Source: a virus. Taken from it: a stretch of 64,000 nucleotides of DNA. Made by a program: the position numbers and the translations under genes. The notes beneath the pieces were generated by a model. That model did no database searches. It had not been told where the DNA came from and saw nothing but the letters and a program-made list of their open reading frames with translations. This document shows, piece after piece, positions 1 to 9,392 of this stretch (positions are counted from its first letter, which is position 1; the number at the start of each line of letters is the position of its first letter). The stretch covers positions 1 through 64,000 of the IMG/VR virus record IMGVR_UViG_3300031673_000004; one strand, given 5' to 3'.

Positions 1-309
1 ATATGAGTCACCAGCGGTAGGTGCGGCTGCAGCACCTACCCAACTTATCGTATTTCCAATTAAACTATAATCAGTGCCCGCAATATAGCTAGCGATCCCT
101 GGCAAATCCCCAACGCTTACAATCTCATTGGCGGTTGTAACTGTCGGAAGCGGATCAGAACCGCCAGTTCCCCGTGTAAGTTTAGTAGTTACGATACGGT
201 ATGGGTCACCCTCACCGATAAGTACTGGATAACGCTCAAAAAGTGGCGGGGCGATAATGCCGTTATCATTGACAGTTCTTACGATAATTCCAGGAACTCT
301 AATCGCCAT
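1..309 (-). CDS. Probable contractile tail sheath protein, N-terminal part (runs off the window)
   Basis: Not in the ORF track. Manual translation MAIRVPGIIVRTVNDNG...YPVLIGEG with a GGAG RBS. The N-terminal 'PG+x+' start and its position after the neck genes are typical of sheath genes. Confidence 0.65.
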   Translation of the reverse strand, partial: MAIRVPGIIVRTVNDNGIIAPPLFERYPVLIGEGDPYRIVTTKLTRGTGGSDPLPTVTTANEIVSVGDLPGIASYIAGTDYSLIGNTISWVGAAAAPTAGDSY

Positions 310-342
310 GGAGGATCTCCATTTCTTATATTCGCTACAAAA

Positions 343-379
343 AGATTACCATTGAATGCTAATCAAGATTAAACTCCTG
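343..379 (-). promoter_or_regulatory. Putative late promoter (CAGGAGTTTAA box plus TAATCT)
   Basis: One of 7 copies of CRGDAGTT(T)AA with a TAnnnT hexamer starting at motif position 31-32. Confidence 0.6.
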
Positions 380-386
380 TTTTCTA

Positions 387-1052
387 TCAACTCACATCAA
401 ATCGTTTCAAATCATCCTCTAAAGCAAGCTCTTCCAATGTATATGTTTCAATAGCAGTAATTACATTCAGTAATCTATCATTCTCGTCCTTACTCCACTC
501 CTGCCATCTGGAAATTATTCGTATATTCATGGTCGTCTCAAATATGGGATGATCAATTCCTGTTTCGGAAACATCAGATTCAGAACCTAATTTAGGAGCT
601 TCTGGGAGTAACAAATACTGATTCTGAAAATAATCTTTAGTATCTGGATGTGCTAAGTAAATAGCTGTAATATCTACTAAATTATCTCTCTCTTCTACCG
701 TAGTAGCTCTTATATGTAACTGTATACTCACATCAAAATTACCGCCAACCGTTGCATAGGTATCTACAGTAACCCCATCGTCATTTAGTATCTGATCCGA
801 TTTCAATTTGTCCTTAGAAAAAGTAACATATGAAAGTCCCCCAGATGCCTTACCTATTAGAATTGCTGGAAGCACACGAGGGGTCCATGATGCCCGTTTA
901 ATCGCCTGTGGGGTGCTAGAAAATTTTATCTCTCTCGTACCATCAGTAAATATAATCTGACCTTTTTGGTTAGCCATAAAGAGATAATTCAGATACCTAA
1001 CTAAATAATCTTTAGCAAACCAAACCCCTCTGTAATACATATGTAGTGCCAT
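387..1052 (-). CDS. Putative neck / tail-completion protein
   Basis: 221 aa ORF between the head-completion genes and the sheath; call is by position. Confidence 0.5.
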   Translation of the reverse strand: MALHMYYRGVWFAKDYLVRYLNYLFMANQKGQIIFTDGTREIKFSSTPQAIKRASWTPRVLPAILIGKASGGLSYVTFSKDKLKSDQILNDDGVTVDTYATVGGNFDVSIQLHIRATTVEERDNLVDITAIYLAHPDTKDYFQNQYLLLPEAPKLGSESDVSETGIDHPIFETTMNIRIISRWQEWSKDENDRLLNVITAIETYTLEELALEDDLKRFDVS

Positions 1053-1054
1053 CG

Positions 1055-1969
1055 TTATTTACCTGTATCATAAGGTATTTGGTAGCAACTTGCCCGTGGA
1101 TCAAGTTCAACCATGTCAAATGTCTGGGAAACCAGTATATTCTCGATATAAATAGGTGTATAGTCTACAACCTGAAATCGCTGGCTAGTAAGTTCTCTTA
1201 TAACAACGTCATGCTCAACTACTGCAGGGCTATAAGGGGGTGGGTTCGTCCAGAAATCTCCACGAGTTTCCCTAAGCAAACCACCCTCAGTAATTGTAAA
1301 GTCAGATTTAATCCCAGGAAACGCTAACAAAAATGCGTTTGGTGCTGCCTTTTTTCGAATCTTAGGAAATGGGTTCAGCCATTGATCAAATCCAAATAAA
1401 CTGCGCTGATACCCGTCCTGGTTATCACGCATCGGTTGCATTGCGTTAAAATTAGTAAGCGGATTTATATTACCAAAAGTGTAGTAGACTGTATTGTCAG
1501 CAGTAAATGGAGGAGTATTGAATATCATATAGACTGCATCGGTTAGCCTATTGCCATCATTATCCAATTGATCCTGGAAGACATCAAACGCATACTCGTC
1601 TCTATCAGGGATAAACGAGTATTTGTCCACAGCAGCTTCCCAAACAGTAGTTCCCCCTGATGCTTGCACAGTAGCAGTCAGCGTTCCAATATCAGGGTAC
1701 GTAGATACTAAATCAGTAGATGCTGACCACATACAATATCGCAGCATCCCCGTATCAGGATCTATACTATAAGAATGAGAACTGGCGGTTTCTGTAAGCG
1801 TACTGACTTCTCTAGACTTCCGTTGAAATGTAGTATCTAGTCTAGATTTTCTTTTTAGTAGATAGCATGCCTCGCCACCGAGTTGCAGAAGCATGTTGTT
1901 TTGTCTAACCGCAAAGCTAAGTATCTTGTTAGATCTGCGAACTTTATATGCGGGCGTCCAGAAAGGCAT
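1055..1969 (-). CDS. Putative head-closure / head-tail joining protein
   Basis: 304 aa ORF; C-terminal WTxxxP...EHDVVI...RFQV pattern and position in the neck module. Confidence 0.5.
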   Translation of the reverse strand: MPFWTPAYKVRRSNKILSFAVRQNNMLLQLGGEACYLLKRKSRLDTTFQRKSREVSTLTETASSHSYSIDPDTGMLRYCMWSASTDLVSTYPDIGTLTATVQASGGTTVWEAAVDKYSFIPDRDEYAFDVFQDQLDNDGNRLTDAVYMIFNTPPFTADNTVYYTFGNINPLTNFNAMQPMRDNQDGYQRSLFGFDQWLNPFPKIRKKAAPNAFLLAFPGIKSDFTITEGGLLRETRGDFWTNPPPYSPAVVEHDVVIRELTSQRFQVVDYTPIYIENILVSQTFDMVELDPRASCYQIPYDTGK

Positions 1970-1976
1970 CGTTCAC

Positions 1977-2282
1977 TCATTGATATGCAGGATACAATCT
2001 AAATTTTACTGTGGCTCCAGGAAGTATCCAATCTGTAGTCTCAACAAACGCTTGTAAACTCCACCACCCTGCTTCATCCCAATCCCCCAATTTTACAGTA
2101 TAATTTATGGTAGTATAAACTCCGATTTTATTGAAGCTACCTAATTCGCCAGTCCATACAACTTCTTTTCCAGATGGTTTCTTGACTAGAAGGTTTAACG
2201 TAACAGCCTCAGATATATCAACATTCGTATCTACTTTAACTATCACGCCGATGCTTCCAACATAATATTTTTTATCATTCAT
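1977..2282 (-). CDS. Small virion protein, BppU N-terminal-like Ig fold
   Basis: DISEAVTLNLLVKKPSG...W...YTVKLGDWDEAGWWSLQAFV resembles BppU_N-type phage proteins. Confidence 0.55.
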   Translation of the reverse strand: MNDKKYYVGSIGVIVKVDTNVDISEAVTLNLLVKKPSGKEVVWTGELGSFNKIGVYTTINYTVKLGDWDEAGWWSLQAFVETTDWILPGATVKFRLYPAYQ

Positions 2283-2286
2283 ACTG

Positions 2287-2430
2287 TCATCCTGAAATTT
2301 CTGATTCCAAATTAAGATCTATAGTTATCTCAGAAACCAGTTCTAAAGTAGTACAGATCGTAGATGGATCTGTTTCCAATGCTAGGTCTATCTCCGAATT
2401 CAATTCCAATGTTTCTGTGCCACCAGACAT
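2287..2430 (-). CDS. Small acidic protein with internal LELxSEI repeats
   Basis: Manual translation MSGGTETLELNSEIDLALETDPSTICTTLELVSEITIDLNLESEISG (47 aa) with a GAGG RBS. Confidence 0.55.
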   Translation of the reverse strand: MSGGTETLELNSEIDLALETDPSTICTTLELVSEITIDLNLESEISG

Positions 2431-2449
2431 AGAAATACCTCTGACTGCT

Positions 2450-2485
2450 ATAGTAGACCATTTTGATAGGAAAGATTAACTTCTG
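2450..2485 (-). promoter_or_regulatory. Putative late promoter (CAGAAGTTAA plus TACTAT)
   Basis: Recurring bipartite motif. Confidence 0.6.
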
Positions 2486-2497
2486 ATCTTATACAGG

Positions 2498-4189
2498 CTA
2501 GGCAGTAGCTTGTGCTTCCTTCTTTTGATAATAACGTTCCATCCGTTTTCGTTTTATCTCCTCTTTATTAGCTTCATATCTTTGTTTATCATAGGCTTTC
2601 TCAGACTCCTTCGCGCCTTCCCGATATAAAGCATTCTTAGCAGCTATTTCTGCTCTATGGTCTTTCTTGTAAGCCCTTGCAGATGCTAGCTTTTTATCCT
2701 TGTTTCGCTCATAGGAAGCCTTTTCTTGCTCTCGAATCTTCTCATGATTAAGTTGCCTGAGCCGTTTGTGCTGTTCTGATCGTATTTCAGGATGTTCCTG
2801 ATTGTGGACACGCTTGTATTCATTGACTTTTTCAGGATTCTGTTGTCGCCATTGCTTTGTAGACTCCCGCCCTTTCTCGGGATTCTTTGCATAATTTTTT
2901 CTGCGGACCTCGTTCACATGTCCAATGTTTTCTTTTCTCCATTTGTCAGATGTTTTTCTGTGTTTCTTCTTCTGTCTCTCAGTCATTATATTTGTATTGT
3001 ATTCATGATTATAACAAACCTTGCACAATCCTTTTGTTCTTGCAGGAAAGCCACATCCAGGAGTTGCACAGATTTTATCTTTCTGAGATTCTAGTAATAG
3101 TTTATGTTTCTTTCCAATGATATAGTTCTCATACTTTCTCTGTAGAGTCACTGAGATATTCTTATAAACAAAATTTCCAATACTCACAGAGTCCGCATGA
3201 CCAAAATGAAGTTTATAAAAATCGGGATGTGTCTCTTCTATTGCTCCTCCTACTACAATTCCCAATCTTTTCAGTCTTTCATTAATCTGCTCCATCAAAT
3301 GTCTACTTGCACCGCAAATCGAGCAAAGCAGATAACCATGGTTTCCTTCTAAATCAAAAGAACCATCTCCATCAATAATGCCCCTGAGACAGGCATAGAA
3401 GATAGCATCCGTCACCCAGTCAGGAATGAACTCACTGCCAGTCTTCTTACCATCAGGAAAGCCCATAGCATCCATAGCGCGTCTGATTGGTCCTGAGTAA
3501 CGGATAATATGAGTTGGCTTTACGAGACTTCTATGTTCCTTTCCATTTACTATGAATATTTTTTCTTTTCTGTCTGTATATGACACCACATTTTCATAAT
3601 GAGTGTATTTTACGATATCGTAGATGACCTGCTTATCTATTAATTCAATACTTATTGTTCCATCCTGTTTGGATTTGTGGCCATCGGTAATGAACAATCC
3701 AATAAAATACCCGGCAAAGTCAGTTCGTTCATTGAGAAAGTCTGTATCATAATTGTGCTCTCTGGGACGTTGCTGCCAACAGGACTTTGAACAATAACTA
3801 GGGTACCTTTGCTGTCTTTTTGCTTTAGATACCTGTTCTTTTGAAATAGGCTTCGAACAAGTCTTGCAAAGATATTCTTTATCAATATTAATTTCTTCAG
3901 TACATCTACTTTTCAATAACAAAGTACGCTTAATAAAATAGGTTAAAATATCCAGTTGTAAATATATTCGGGGAGAATGCGCACCATTTTTCCAGCGTAA
4001 TAATATGTGAGAATTCAGATCGAATTTTTTTCGTAACATGAGGTTCGTTACACCTAAATATTCCATACACTGGTTTATTATCGAAGAAAACTTCTTTGCT
4101 TTTAATTTCTCTCCCTTTTTTCTCACACTCATTCTTATCTTAAGCAATTCAGCCCGTACCCTGATCAATTCTTCTTTTGACAATACCAT
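2498..4189 (-). CDS. Free-standing LAGLIDADG homing endonuclease with Zn-finger and basic helical C-terminus
   Basis: Two LAGLIDADG-like motifs (YFIGLFITDG, CLRGIIDGDG) and CxxC clusters; likely ATG at 4189 after GAGG. Confidence 0.8.
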   Translation of the reverse strand: MVLSKEELIRVRAELLKIRMSVRKKGEKLKAKKFSSIINQCMEYLGVTNLMLRKKFDLNSHILLRWKNGAHSPRIYLQLDILTYFIKRTLLLKSRCTEEINIDKEYLCKTCSKPISKEQVSKAKRQQRYPSYCSKSCWQQRPREHNYDTDFLNERTDFAGYFIGLFITDGHKSKQDGTISIELIDKQVIYDIVKYTHYENVVSYTDRKEKIFIVNGKEHRSLVKPTHIIRYSGPIRRAMDAMGFPDGKKTGSEFIPDWVTDAIFYACLRGIIDGDGSFDLEGNHGYLLCSICGASRHLMEQINERLKRLGIVVGGAIEETHPDFYKLHFGHADSVSIGNFVYKNISVTLQRKYENYIIGKKHKLLLESQKDKICATPGCGFPARTKGLCKVCYNHEYNTNIMTERQKKKHRKTSDKWRKENIGHVNEVRRKNYAKNPEKGRESTKQWRQQNPEKVNEYKRVHNQEHPEIRSEQHKRLRQLNHEKIREQEKASYERNKDKKLASARAYKKDHRAEIAAKNALYREGAKESEKAYDKQRYEANKEEIKRKRMERYYQKKEAQATA

Positions 4190-4233
4190 AACTATACCTC
4201 TCCTTTCCATTATACTTGGTTGCACACAAGAAG

Positions 4234-4261
4234 AGTATAACACAGAAATTCATGTTGTCAA
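4234..4261 (-). promoter_or_regulatory. Sigma70-type promoter of the LAGLIDADG gene
   Basis: TTGACA-N16-TATACT. Confidence 0.65.
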
Positions 4262-4307
4262 GGGTTTTCGGTCACTTTTTTGAGAAAAATTGTAAGTTGT
4301 TGATTTA

Positions 4308-5177
4308 TCAGACAAAAGCAGAGGAAAGCATGCGACTCCAGAAGCCGGACGGCATGGCTGACAACTGGCGAGCGGCCCTAACTCCTCCAGGCATCCACTG
4401 AAACATAACCATACCTTTTGATCTGAATTGCTGTTTAAATTGCATTACACTCTTATCGAATCTGCCGATTAAAATACCAAGCATACCAGAAATCTTTGAC
4501 CAGTGATCTATAACTAAGCTGTTTCCACCCAGTGAATAGTTATAATCAGTATCAATGGCGAAAATACCCTGCGACTCTAACGCAGCTATTACTGCGGAAT
4601 CAGTGAGTATCATTCCATATTGTGCCCACGGAAAGGTAACTGGATTGAACGCTGTATAGGGAGGAATAAGATTTATAAATTGTGCCCCGCGCTCAAGATA
4701 GTAAATAAGATGGGCATCTGTATATCCATAAAAAAACTTTACAGCAGGTTCAAACTCTGGCTTATCCATATTCTCAATATCATCAGATATGGATTTTCTT
4801 GCTTTATCGACCTGAACTCGCAACGCTGCGGCTCTTGCGAACAATTTAGACGGAGCGCTTTTTACAAATATATTGTTTGTAACTACCTCACCATTAAGCA
4901 CACATCTCCATGAGGCTATATATTCACCGGGATATGCACTAGTATCAAAAGAATACTGGTAAACTCCAGCAGACGCACGGGTAATCCCTATTCCCCCAGC
5001 AGCATTAAATGTAGTCGTGAATTTTACTACATCGCCTTCTATGTCAGTCAGGTTAAACGTACTGGTACCTACAACATCTACAAGCTCCTCAGTTTTTGGA
5101 TCTCGCACAAACGTTGTAAGTAACTCAGTAGTTCCTGTTCTCAATACATCAAAATCTGTGAATGAATTATTCGGCAA
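4308..5177 (-). CDS. Putative head-tail adaptor / head completion protein
   Basis: N-terminal Ig-like domain followed by a helical adaptor-like domain (YTDAHLIYYLE...DYNYSLGGNSL); downstream of the capsid genes. Confidence 0.5.
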   Translation of the reverse strand: MPNNSFTDFDVLRTGTTELLTTFVRDPKTEELVDVVGTSTFNLTDIEGDVVKFTTTFNAAGGIGITRASAGVYQYSFDTSAYPGEYIASWRCVLNGEVVTNNIFVKSAPSKLFARAAALRVQVDKARKSISDDIENMDKPEFEPAVKFFYGYTDAHLIYYLERGAQFINLIPPYTAFNPVTFPWAQYGMILTDSAVIAALESQGIFAIDTDYNYSLGGNSLVIDHWSKISGMLGILIGRFDKSVMQFKQQFRSKGMVMFQWMPGGVRAARQLSAMPSGFWSRMLSSAFV

Positions 5178-5180
5178 AGC

Positions 5181-5555
5181 CTACTCCTGCTGCAGAAATT
5201 CTGGTTCTTCTTCCTCTTCCTCATCGAGCATATATGGTTCCTCTTCGGGTTCTTCCTCCCATTCAAGGTTCTCTTCCATGAATTGTCCCATGGGATTTTC
5301 CACTTGCAATTCTTCTACTTCTTCTTCAATCCCCGTGCCATCCATGTACTGTATCAGTTCATAGTAGAAGTCATCAATTACATCATTCACGGCCTCTAAA
5401 ATTCCACCAAGTTCCCCAATCTCACGATTCTCTAATTCGGGTCCTAAATCATACACGACCCCCAACCGATGAGCTATATCTTCTGTTGTTTCCTGTAGAG
5501 AACCTAACATCTTAACAACCTCGTTAAGTTCATATGCTTTTACTCTTCTAGTCAT
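5181..5555 (-). CDS. Hypothetical acidic protein
   Basis: 124 aa ORF with Glu-rich C-terminus, packed tightly in the operon. Confidence 0.6.
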   Translation of the reverse strand: MTRRVKAYELNEVVKMLGSLQETTEDIAHRLGVVYDLGPELENREIGELGGILEAVNDVIDDFYYELIQYMDGTGIEEEVEELQVENPMGQFMEENLEWEEEPEEEPYMLDEEEEEEPEFLQQE

Positions 5556-5556
5556 T

Positions 5557-5784
5557 TTACACCCCGCTAAACATTATCTTTTTCAAATCACGAACTGCAG
5601 CATCAAACCTACGTGATTCAGAGTTTATATACTCCGCTTGCATACGTGGAGCGGTATGTTCTCCTAAGTCCAATGTAAACTTGTATGTCTTTCCTAGTTG
5701 TCTAGCATTAATCAATTTACAACCTCGCATAACAATATACGCCGTAAGACTCAAATCATTCGTGACAAACTGATTAATTTCCAT
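5557..5784 (-). CDS. DUF5659-like small protein
   Basis: TNDLSLTAYIVMRG...F...DLKKIMF pattern. Confidence 0.55.
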   Translation of the reverse strand: MEINQFVTNDLSLTAYIVMRGCKLINARQLGKTYKFTLDLGEHTAPRMQAEYINSESRRFDAAVRDLKKIMFSGV

Positions 5785-5797
5785 GTTAATTTTATTT

Positions 5798-6754
5798 CTA
5801 AAATGTTACTGTTTGTGTACCTGGGTGTCGCTGTTGCCACTGTTGTATAATTGTCTCACGCTGTGGAACTAAGTTTTGATTCTGTTGTGTTTGCTGCTCC
5901 AATGTATTAATAAATTCATTGTAATCTTCTATATTTAGCAGGCCATTTACATCTGGGTCTGTTGCTGTGTCTGTTGGGGCAGTTGTGTTCGTAGGAGGAG
6001 TCGGAGCAGTCGGTTGCCCCATAGGTATCTGCGCTACATTCCAGAAATCAGTAATAAATGCTATCTTTCCATTCTGATCCTGGGTTACGAGCATATTAAT
6101 CTTATCAGTATCATCCCGGACAATTTCTGTAATCCTGAATTCGTCGTCAGGAAATAAGGTATGATACACTGTGTCACCTGCTGCCAAAATATTGAGCGGG
6201 GAACACCCAATAGCAGCACTCTCTATATCATAAGCTTTCCTGTTTAACTCAGATGCAACACTTTTGATTTCACTCTTACCTTTAGTCTTCGATAAGATAA
6301 ACTCACTGTAAAGGAAAAATCCTAGATCCTTCACACGAGCATTTACAAATCCCACTGCTTGTCGAATATCTTTAATATCTGTGGCACGCTCCAACATAGC
6401 AATAAAATTAGTTTGTGTGATTCCTCTAACGGTATACCACTGCTTGTTCTTAGGGTTATTAAAGTGATTGTCTCGCACCTTTTGCAGGAAGGTACCAAAA
6501 GATGTATCTGCACCACACTTCAGGAGTTTTACATTCCCAGCAAAAGTTAGAAATAAAAATCTATGGAGACTTTCATACCACTCAGCGGGGCACTCGATGT
6601 CTGCCTTTTTTGCAAACTCTAATATCTTATCGAGGTCACCATCCATTTCTTTCCAGAACACCTGCCAACCAGCCCTATGCTCATCAGGAAAATGATAAAA
6701 ATTGTAGGGGGGTTGTTTAGTCCATTGGTGCTTCTCTGCCGTAAGCAATGGCAT
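5798..6754 (-). CDS. Hypothetical protein with Thr/Pro-rich linker (possible virion protein)
   Basis: 318 aa ORF with GAGGAG RBS; contains QPTAPTPPTNTTAPTDTATDP. Confidence 0.6.
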   Translation of the reverse strand: MPLLTAEKHQWTKQPPYNFYHFPDEHRAGWQVFWKEMDGDLDKILEFAKKADIECPAEWYESLHRFLFLTFAGNVKLLKCGADTSFGTFLQKVRDNHFNNPKNKQWYTVRGITQTNFIAMLERATDIKDIRQAVGFVNARVKDLGFFLYSEFILSKTKGKSEIKSVASELNRKAYDIESAAIGCSPLNILAAGDTVYHTLFPDDEFRITEIVRDDTDKINMLVTQDQNGKIAFITDFWNVAQIPMGQPTAPTPPTNTTAPTDTATDPDVNGLLNIEDYNEFINTLEQQTQQNQNLVPQRETIIQQWQQRHPGTQTVTF

Positions 6755-6779
6755 TTTACGCTCTCCTCGTTTTCAAACA

Positions 6780-6802
6780 GGAGGGGGATAAAATCCCCCT
6801 CC
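6780..6802 (-). terminator. GC-rich hairpin, possible terminator or mRNA-stabilising stem
   Basis: GGAGGGGGAT-AAA-ATCCCCCTCC perfect inverted repeat in the intergenic gap. Confidence 0.5.
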
Positions 6803-6814
6803 ATGCAATCAACT

Positions 6815-7480
6815 TTACTTATTCAGCGCTGCTTCCACTGGATCATTCTTATCCATATCGGCCATCTCAGTGTTTAAAAGTCTGGTCTGTTGAACTTTCG
6901 CCCAGCGTTTCACTCCATTATAAATACCATTCATCATCAGATAGTTATAATCATCCATTGTCAGCACCGCCTCCTGCTCCATGAGGCGCTCTAACGCTTC
7001 ATGCTCCGACATCGCAGCGTGCTTGGACTTCAAGCAAATATCTCCCAGCTTGGGATTGATCTGTACACTTGCCGATGATGCTTTTCTTGCCCGGGCATCA
7101 GGGGGTGTCATTTTAGTAAACTTGTTAATCTTGTCCTCTACAATAGCCTTACGAGACTTATTCTTCTTGTAATACTGTTCCGCATTTACAGGATCCAATA
7201 ATTCCAGAGCTTCTGATTTAACTAGTTTGAATAGGTCCATACAATCAGCTAGAAGCTTAGGGGTAACTTGGTCGGTCAGGCACACAGGATCTTTTCCAGG
7301 AGGAATAACAACCCAGTCTGTAATAGTCCCAGACCCTACCTGAAACACTATATTTCCGGATTCTCTCCCTGTGATCTCTCCAGATCTGTTGATTACCCAT
7401 ATCTCCGCACCTTCAGCGATGAGGTTCTGCAGGGTAAGTCTACGGGCGCGTGCTGTCACTTTCTTTTCCTTGGTAGCCAT
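6815..7480 (-). CDS. Hypothetical protein
   Basis: 221 aa ORF with AAGGAG RBS, downstream of a late-type promoter. Confidence 0.65.
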   Translation of the reverse strand: MATKEKKVTARARRLTLQNLIAEGAEIWVINRSGEITGRESGNIVFQVGSGTITDWVVIPPGKDPVCLTDQVTPKLLADCMDLFKLVKSEALELLDPVNAEQYYKKNKSRKAIVEDKINKFTKMTPPDARARKASSASVQINPKLGDICLKSKHAAMSEHEALERLMEQEAVLTMDDYNYLMMNGIYNGVKRWAKVQQTRLLNTEMADMDKNDPVEAALNK

Positions 7481-7545
7481 TTTACTTTCTCCTTTTCGTT
7501 TCGTGGTGGCGACCCACTATTAGATCACCATCCAATTTCTCTTAT

Positions 7546-7581
7546 ATTTTATTCTATACCAGCTAAAAAACTTAACTTCTG
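7546..7581 (-). promoter_or_regulatory. Putative late promoter (CAGAAGTTAA plus TAAAAT)
   Basis: Recurring bipartite motif. Confidence 0.6.
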
Positions 7582-7600
7582 TTACGACAACGTGTTTATA

Positions 7601-7635
7601 AAGAAGAAAGGCCGCGACTAATGTCGTGGCCTTCC
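7601..7635 (-). terminator. Rho-independent terminator
   Basis: Minus strand AAGGCCACGAC-ATTA-GTCGCGGCCTT followed by TCTTCTTT. Confidence 0.7.
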
Positions 7636-7671
7636 AAGTCACACTGCCCAACCCTGAGATAGACAGGAGAC

Positions 7672-8106
7672 TTACTTAGTCTTTGAAATTCGCTTCTGCC
7701 TAGAGTTCCTTCTCTCATCTTTTCCGCTTCTACGTGCCTGCCTGGCAGACCGTAAAGTTTCCAACTTTTCCATTGCCTGTTTTCTTTTGGCAACGATTGT
7801 TTTTAGGCGTCTCTTCAAGGTTTCTTTGCGAGCATCTGCTGAACGCCGTGAATGTAAAGTGGCAGCTTTTGCCTTAGCTGCTTTTGCGCTTGGTTGATCT
7901 TCCTGAAGCGTCGCTAGACGTTTCTTGGCTTCTTGCTGAATTCTGGAAAGTGCCCGCTTTACCAAGGGGATTTCGCTTGGGCTTGCTTGCACCAACCGAT
8001 AAGCATAGTAATCTACCTTTTCTGCTAAATCGGCAAACCCAGCGCCTTCCAATTCGTTTGCAGCTAAATCTAACTGACTCCGGGCTGCATTTCTATCAAA
8101 CTTCAT
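7672..8106 (-). CDS. Basic (Arg/Lys-rich) hypothetical protein, possible internal virion protein
   Basis: 144 aa ORF with AAAGGAG RBS directly after the capsid gene. Confidence 0.6.
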   Translation of the reverse strand: MKFDRNAARSQLDLAANELEGAGFADLAEKVDYYAYRLVQASPSEIPLVKRALSRIQQEAKKRLATLQEDQPSAKAAKAKAATLHSRRSADARKETLKRRLKTIVAKRKQAMEKLETLRSARQARRSGKDERRNSRQKRISKTK

Positions 8107-8138
8107 TTCAATCTCCTTTTCAGATGTTGTTTACGCAA

Positions 8139-8169
8139 GTAGACCACCTGGGAAACTCCAGGTGGCTAC
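8139..8169 (-). terminator. Hairpin downstream of the major capsid gene
   Basis: CCACCTGG-N6-CCAGGTGG inverted repeat about 30 nt after the stop codon. Confidence 0.55.
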
Positions 8170-8199
8170 ATGCTAAGCTATCGAATAACCGCTACCTGC

Positions 8200-9333
8200 T
8201 TACAGCTTCTGGCCGATTGCCACACCTGCAGGGTTCGCAAGCACCTGAGCAATCAGTTCGTACCAGAACCATCCCTGACGCGGACGACCTTCCATGAACG
8301 AGTTCACGGGCTCAGAGAACAACTCAACACGGATAGGCATACCACCCAGGTATTCTGGGGCAGTAACTGCCGTAACGCTACCAGGCTGCAGAATCTCAAA
8401 TGTCTGAGTACCTGCAGTTGTGATAATCATAGCATTCAGCACTGTACCGATATATCCTGCCATGATCAATTCACGCCGGGTTACAGGGTCCACCTGAGTT
8501 GACAGTGTATTCACCAAGTCAGATACTTCTTGACGGTGAATGATAAACTTATCACAGATCAGACGGTGCTGCTCAATCTGATAACGAATACCTTCCAGTG
8601 CCGCCAAGTTCAAAGTGGCGAAAAAGGTAGTCGTATTGACTGCATTAGCGCCTGCGGAGAGCAGACTCATAAGCGCCAAGTCCTCTTGATATTCGATGCT
8701 CATACGAGCACGGTCCTGCACACGAGCTAGAATATCATACTGCGCACGGTATTTGTCTTTGATTTCAATTGTAGGATATGCCGTCACTTCAAACTCAGGC
8801 GGATATATATAGCGACCTTCAACGGTAGACTGCGGAGTCTGTCCATCCTCTGCAATCACCCACGCTTTGATATATACATCCTTGTCATATCTCACAACTT
8901 CCCCGGCTTTTACTGTGCGGGGTGCAAAGACTTTCCGAGCAAGGCCCTCATAGTCGATAACCTCTTTGATTGGGTTCAAGAGGCCCTGACCGACCTGACG
9001 GAAGCCCTCACTGGATGGATCGGAAAAAGCTTCACGGAGAATAGCGTCATTCTCCATCCCACTCATTCCCTCACCAGCATACGATGCAGTACGTTCTACA
9101 TCGTAGGTACCATCAGCCATACCATCCAGGAGATGCTTGATCTTTTCAAGCACTTCGCCGTTGTTAGAGGCGTTAATTTGGCCTCGGTTGTCGAACATGT
9201 GCTCAGCGGCTGAAAGCTGCATACTGCCAGACTTACCAACTTTGCCCATGTTCATTGGGTTGAATTCTTGTCCGGTTTTACGATCTAACGTTGTACCGGA
9301 AGCTTTCTTGCTGTTGTACGGATTGAACTTCAT
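8200..9333 (-). CDS. Major capsid protein (HK97 fold)
   Basis: YEGLARKVF...VRYDKD...PPEFEVTAYPTI...GWFWYELIAQVLANPAGV pattern; follows the scaffold and decoration genes; GAGGAG RBS favours ATG 9333. Confidence 0.8.
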   Translation of the reverse strand: MKFNPYNSKKASGTTLDRKTGQEFNPMNMGKVGKSGSMQLSAAEHMFDNRGQINASNNGEVLEKIKHLLDGMADGTYDVERTASYAGEGMSGMENDAILREAFSDPSSEGFRQVGQGLLNPIKEVIDYEGLARKVFAPRTVKAGEVVRYDKDVYIKAWVIAEDGQTPQSTVEGRYIYPPEFEVTAYPTIEIKDKYRAQYDILARVQDRARMSIEYQEDLALMSLLSAGANAVNTTTFFATLNLAALEGIRYQIEQHRLICDKFIIHRQEVSDLVNTLSTQVDPVTRRELIMAGYIGTVLNAMIITTAGTQTFEILQPGSVTAVTAPEYLGGMPIRVELFSEPVNSFMEGRPRQGWFWYELIAQVLANPAGVAIGQKL

Positions 9334-9392
9334 AGTCATTCTCCTCAAACAAATGGTTAAATTAAGCCTTCCGGCTACGTTGCCTTATACAA

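Noticed and set aside
2498-4300. Group I intron around the LAGLIDADG gene
   Set aside because: The flanking genes appear complete, and the non-coding margins are short and occupied by promoters
7481-7545. tRNA or other RNA gene in the intergenic gap
   Set aside because: Only a single 5'-UTR hairpin; no cloverleaf or T-loop motif. No tRNA or rRNA was recognised anywhere in the window.
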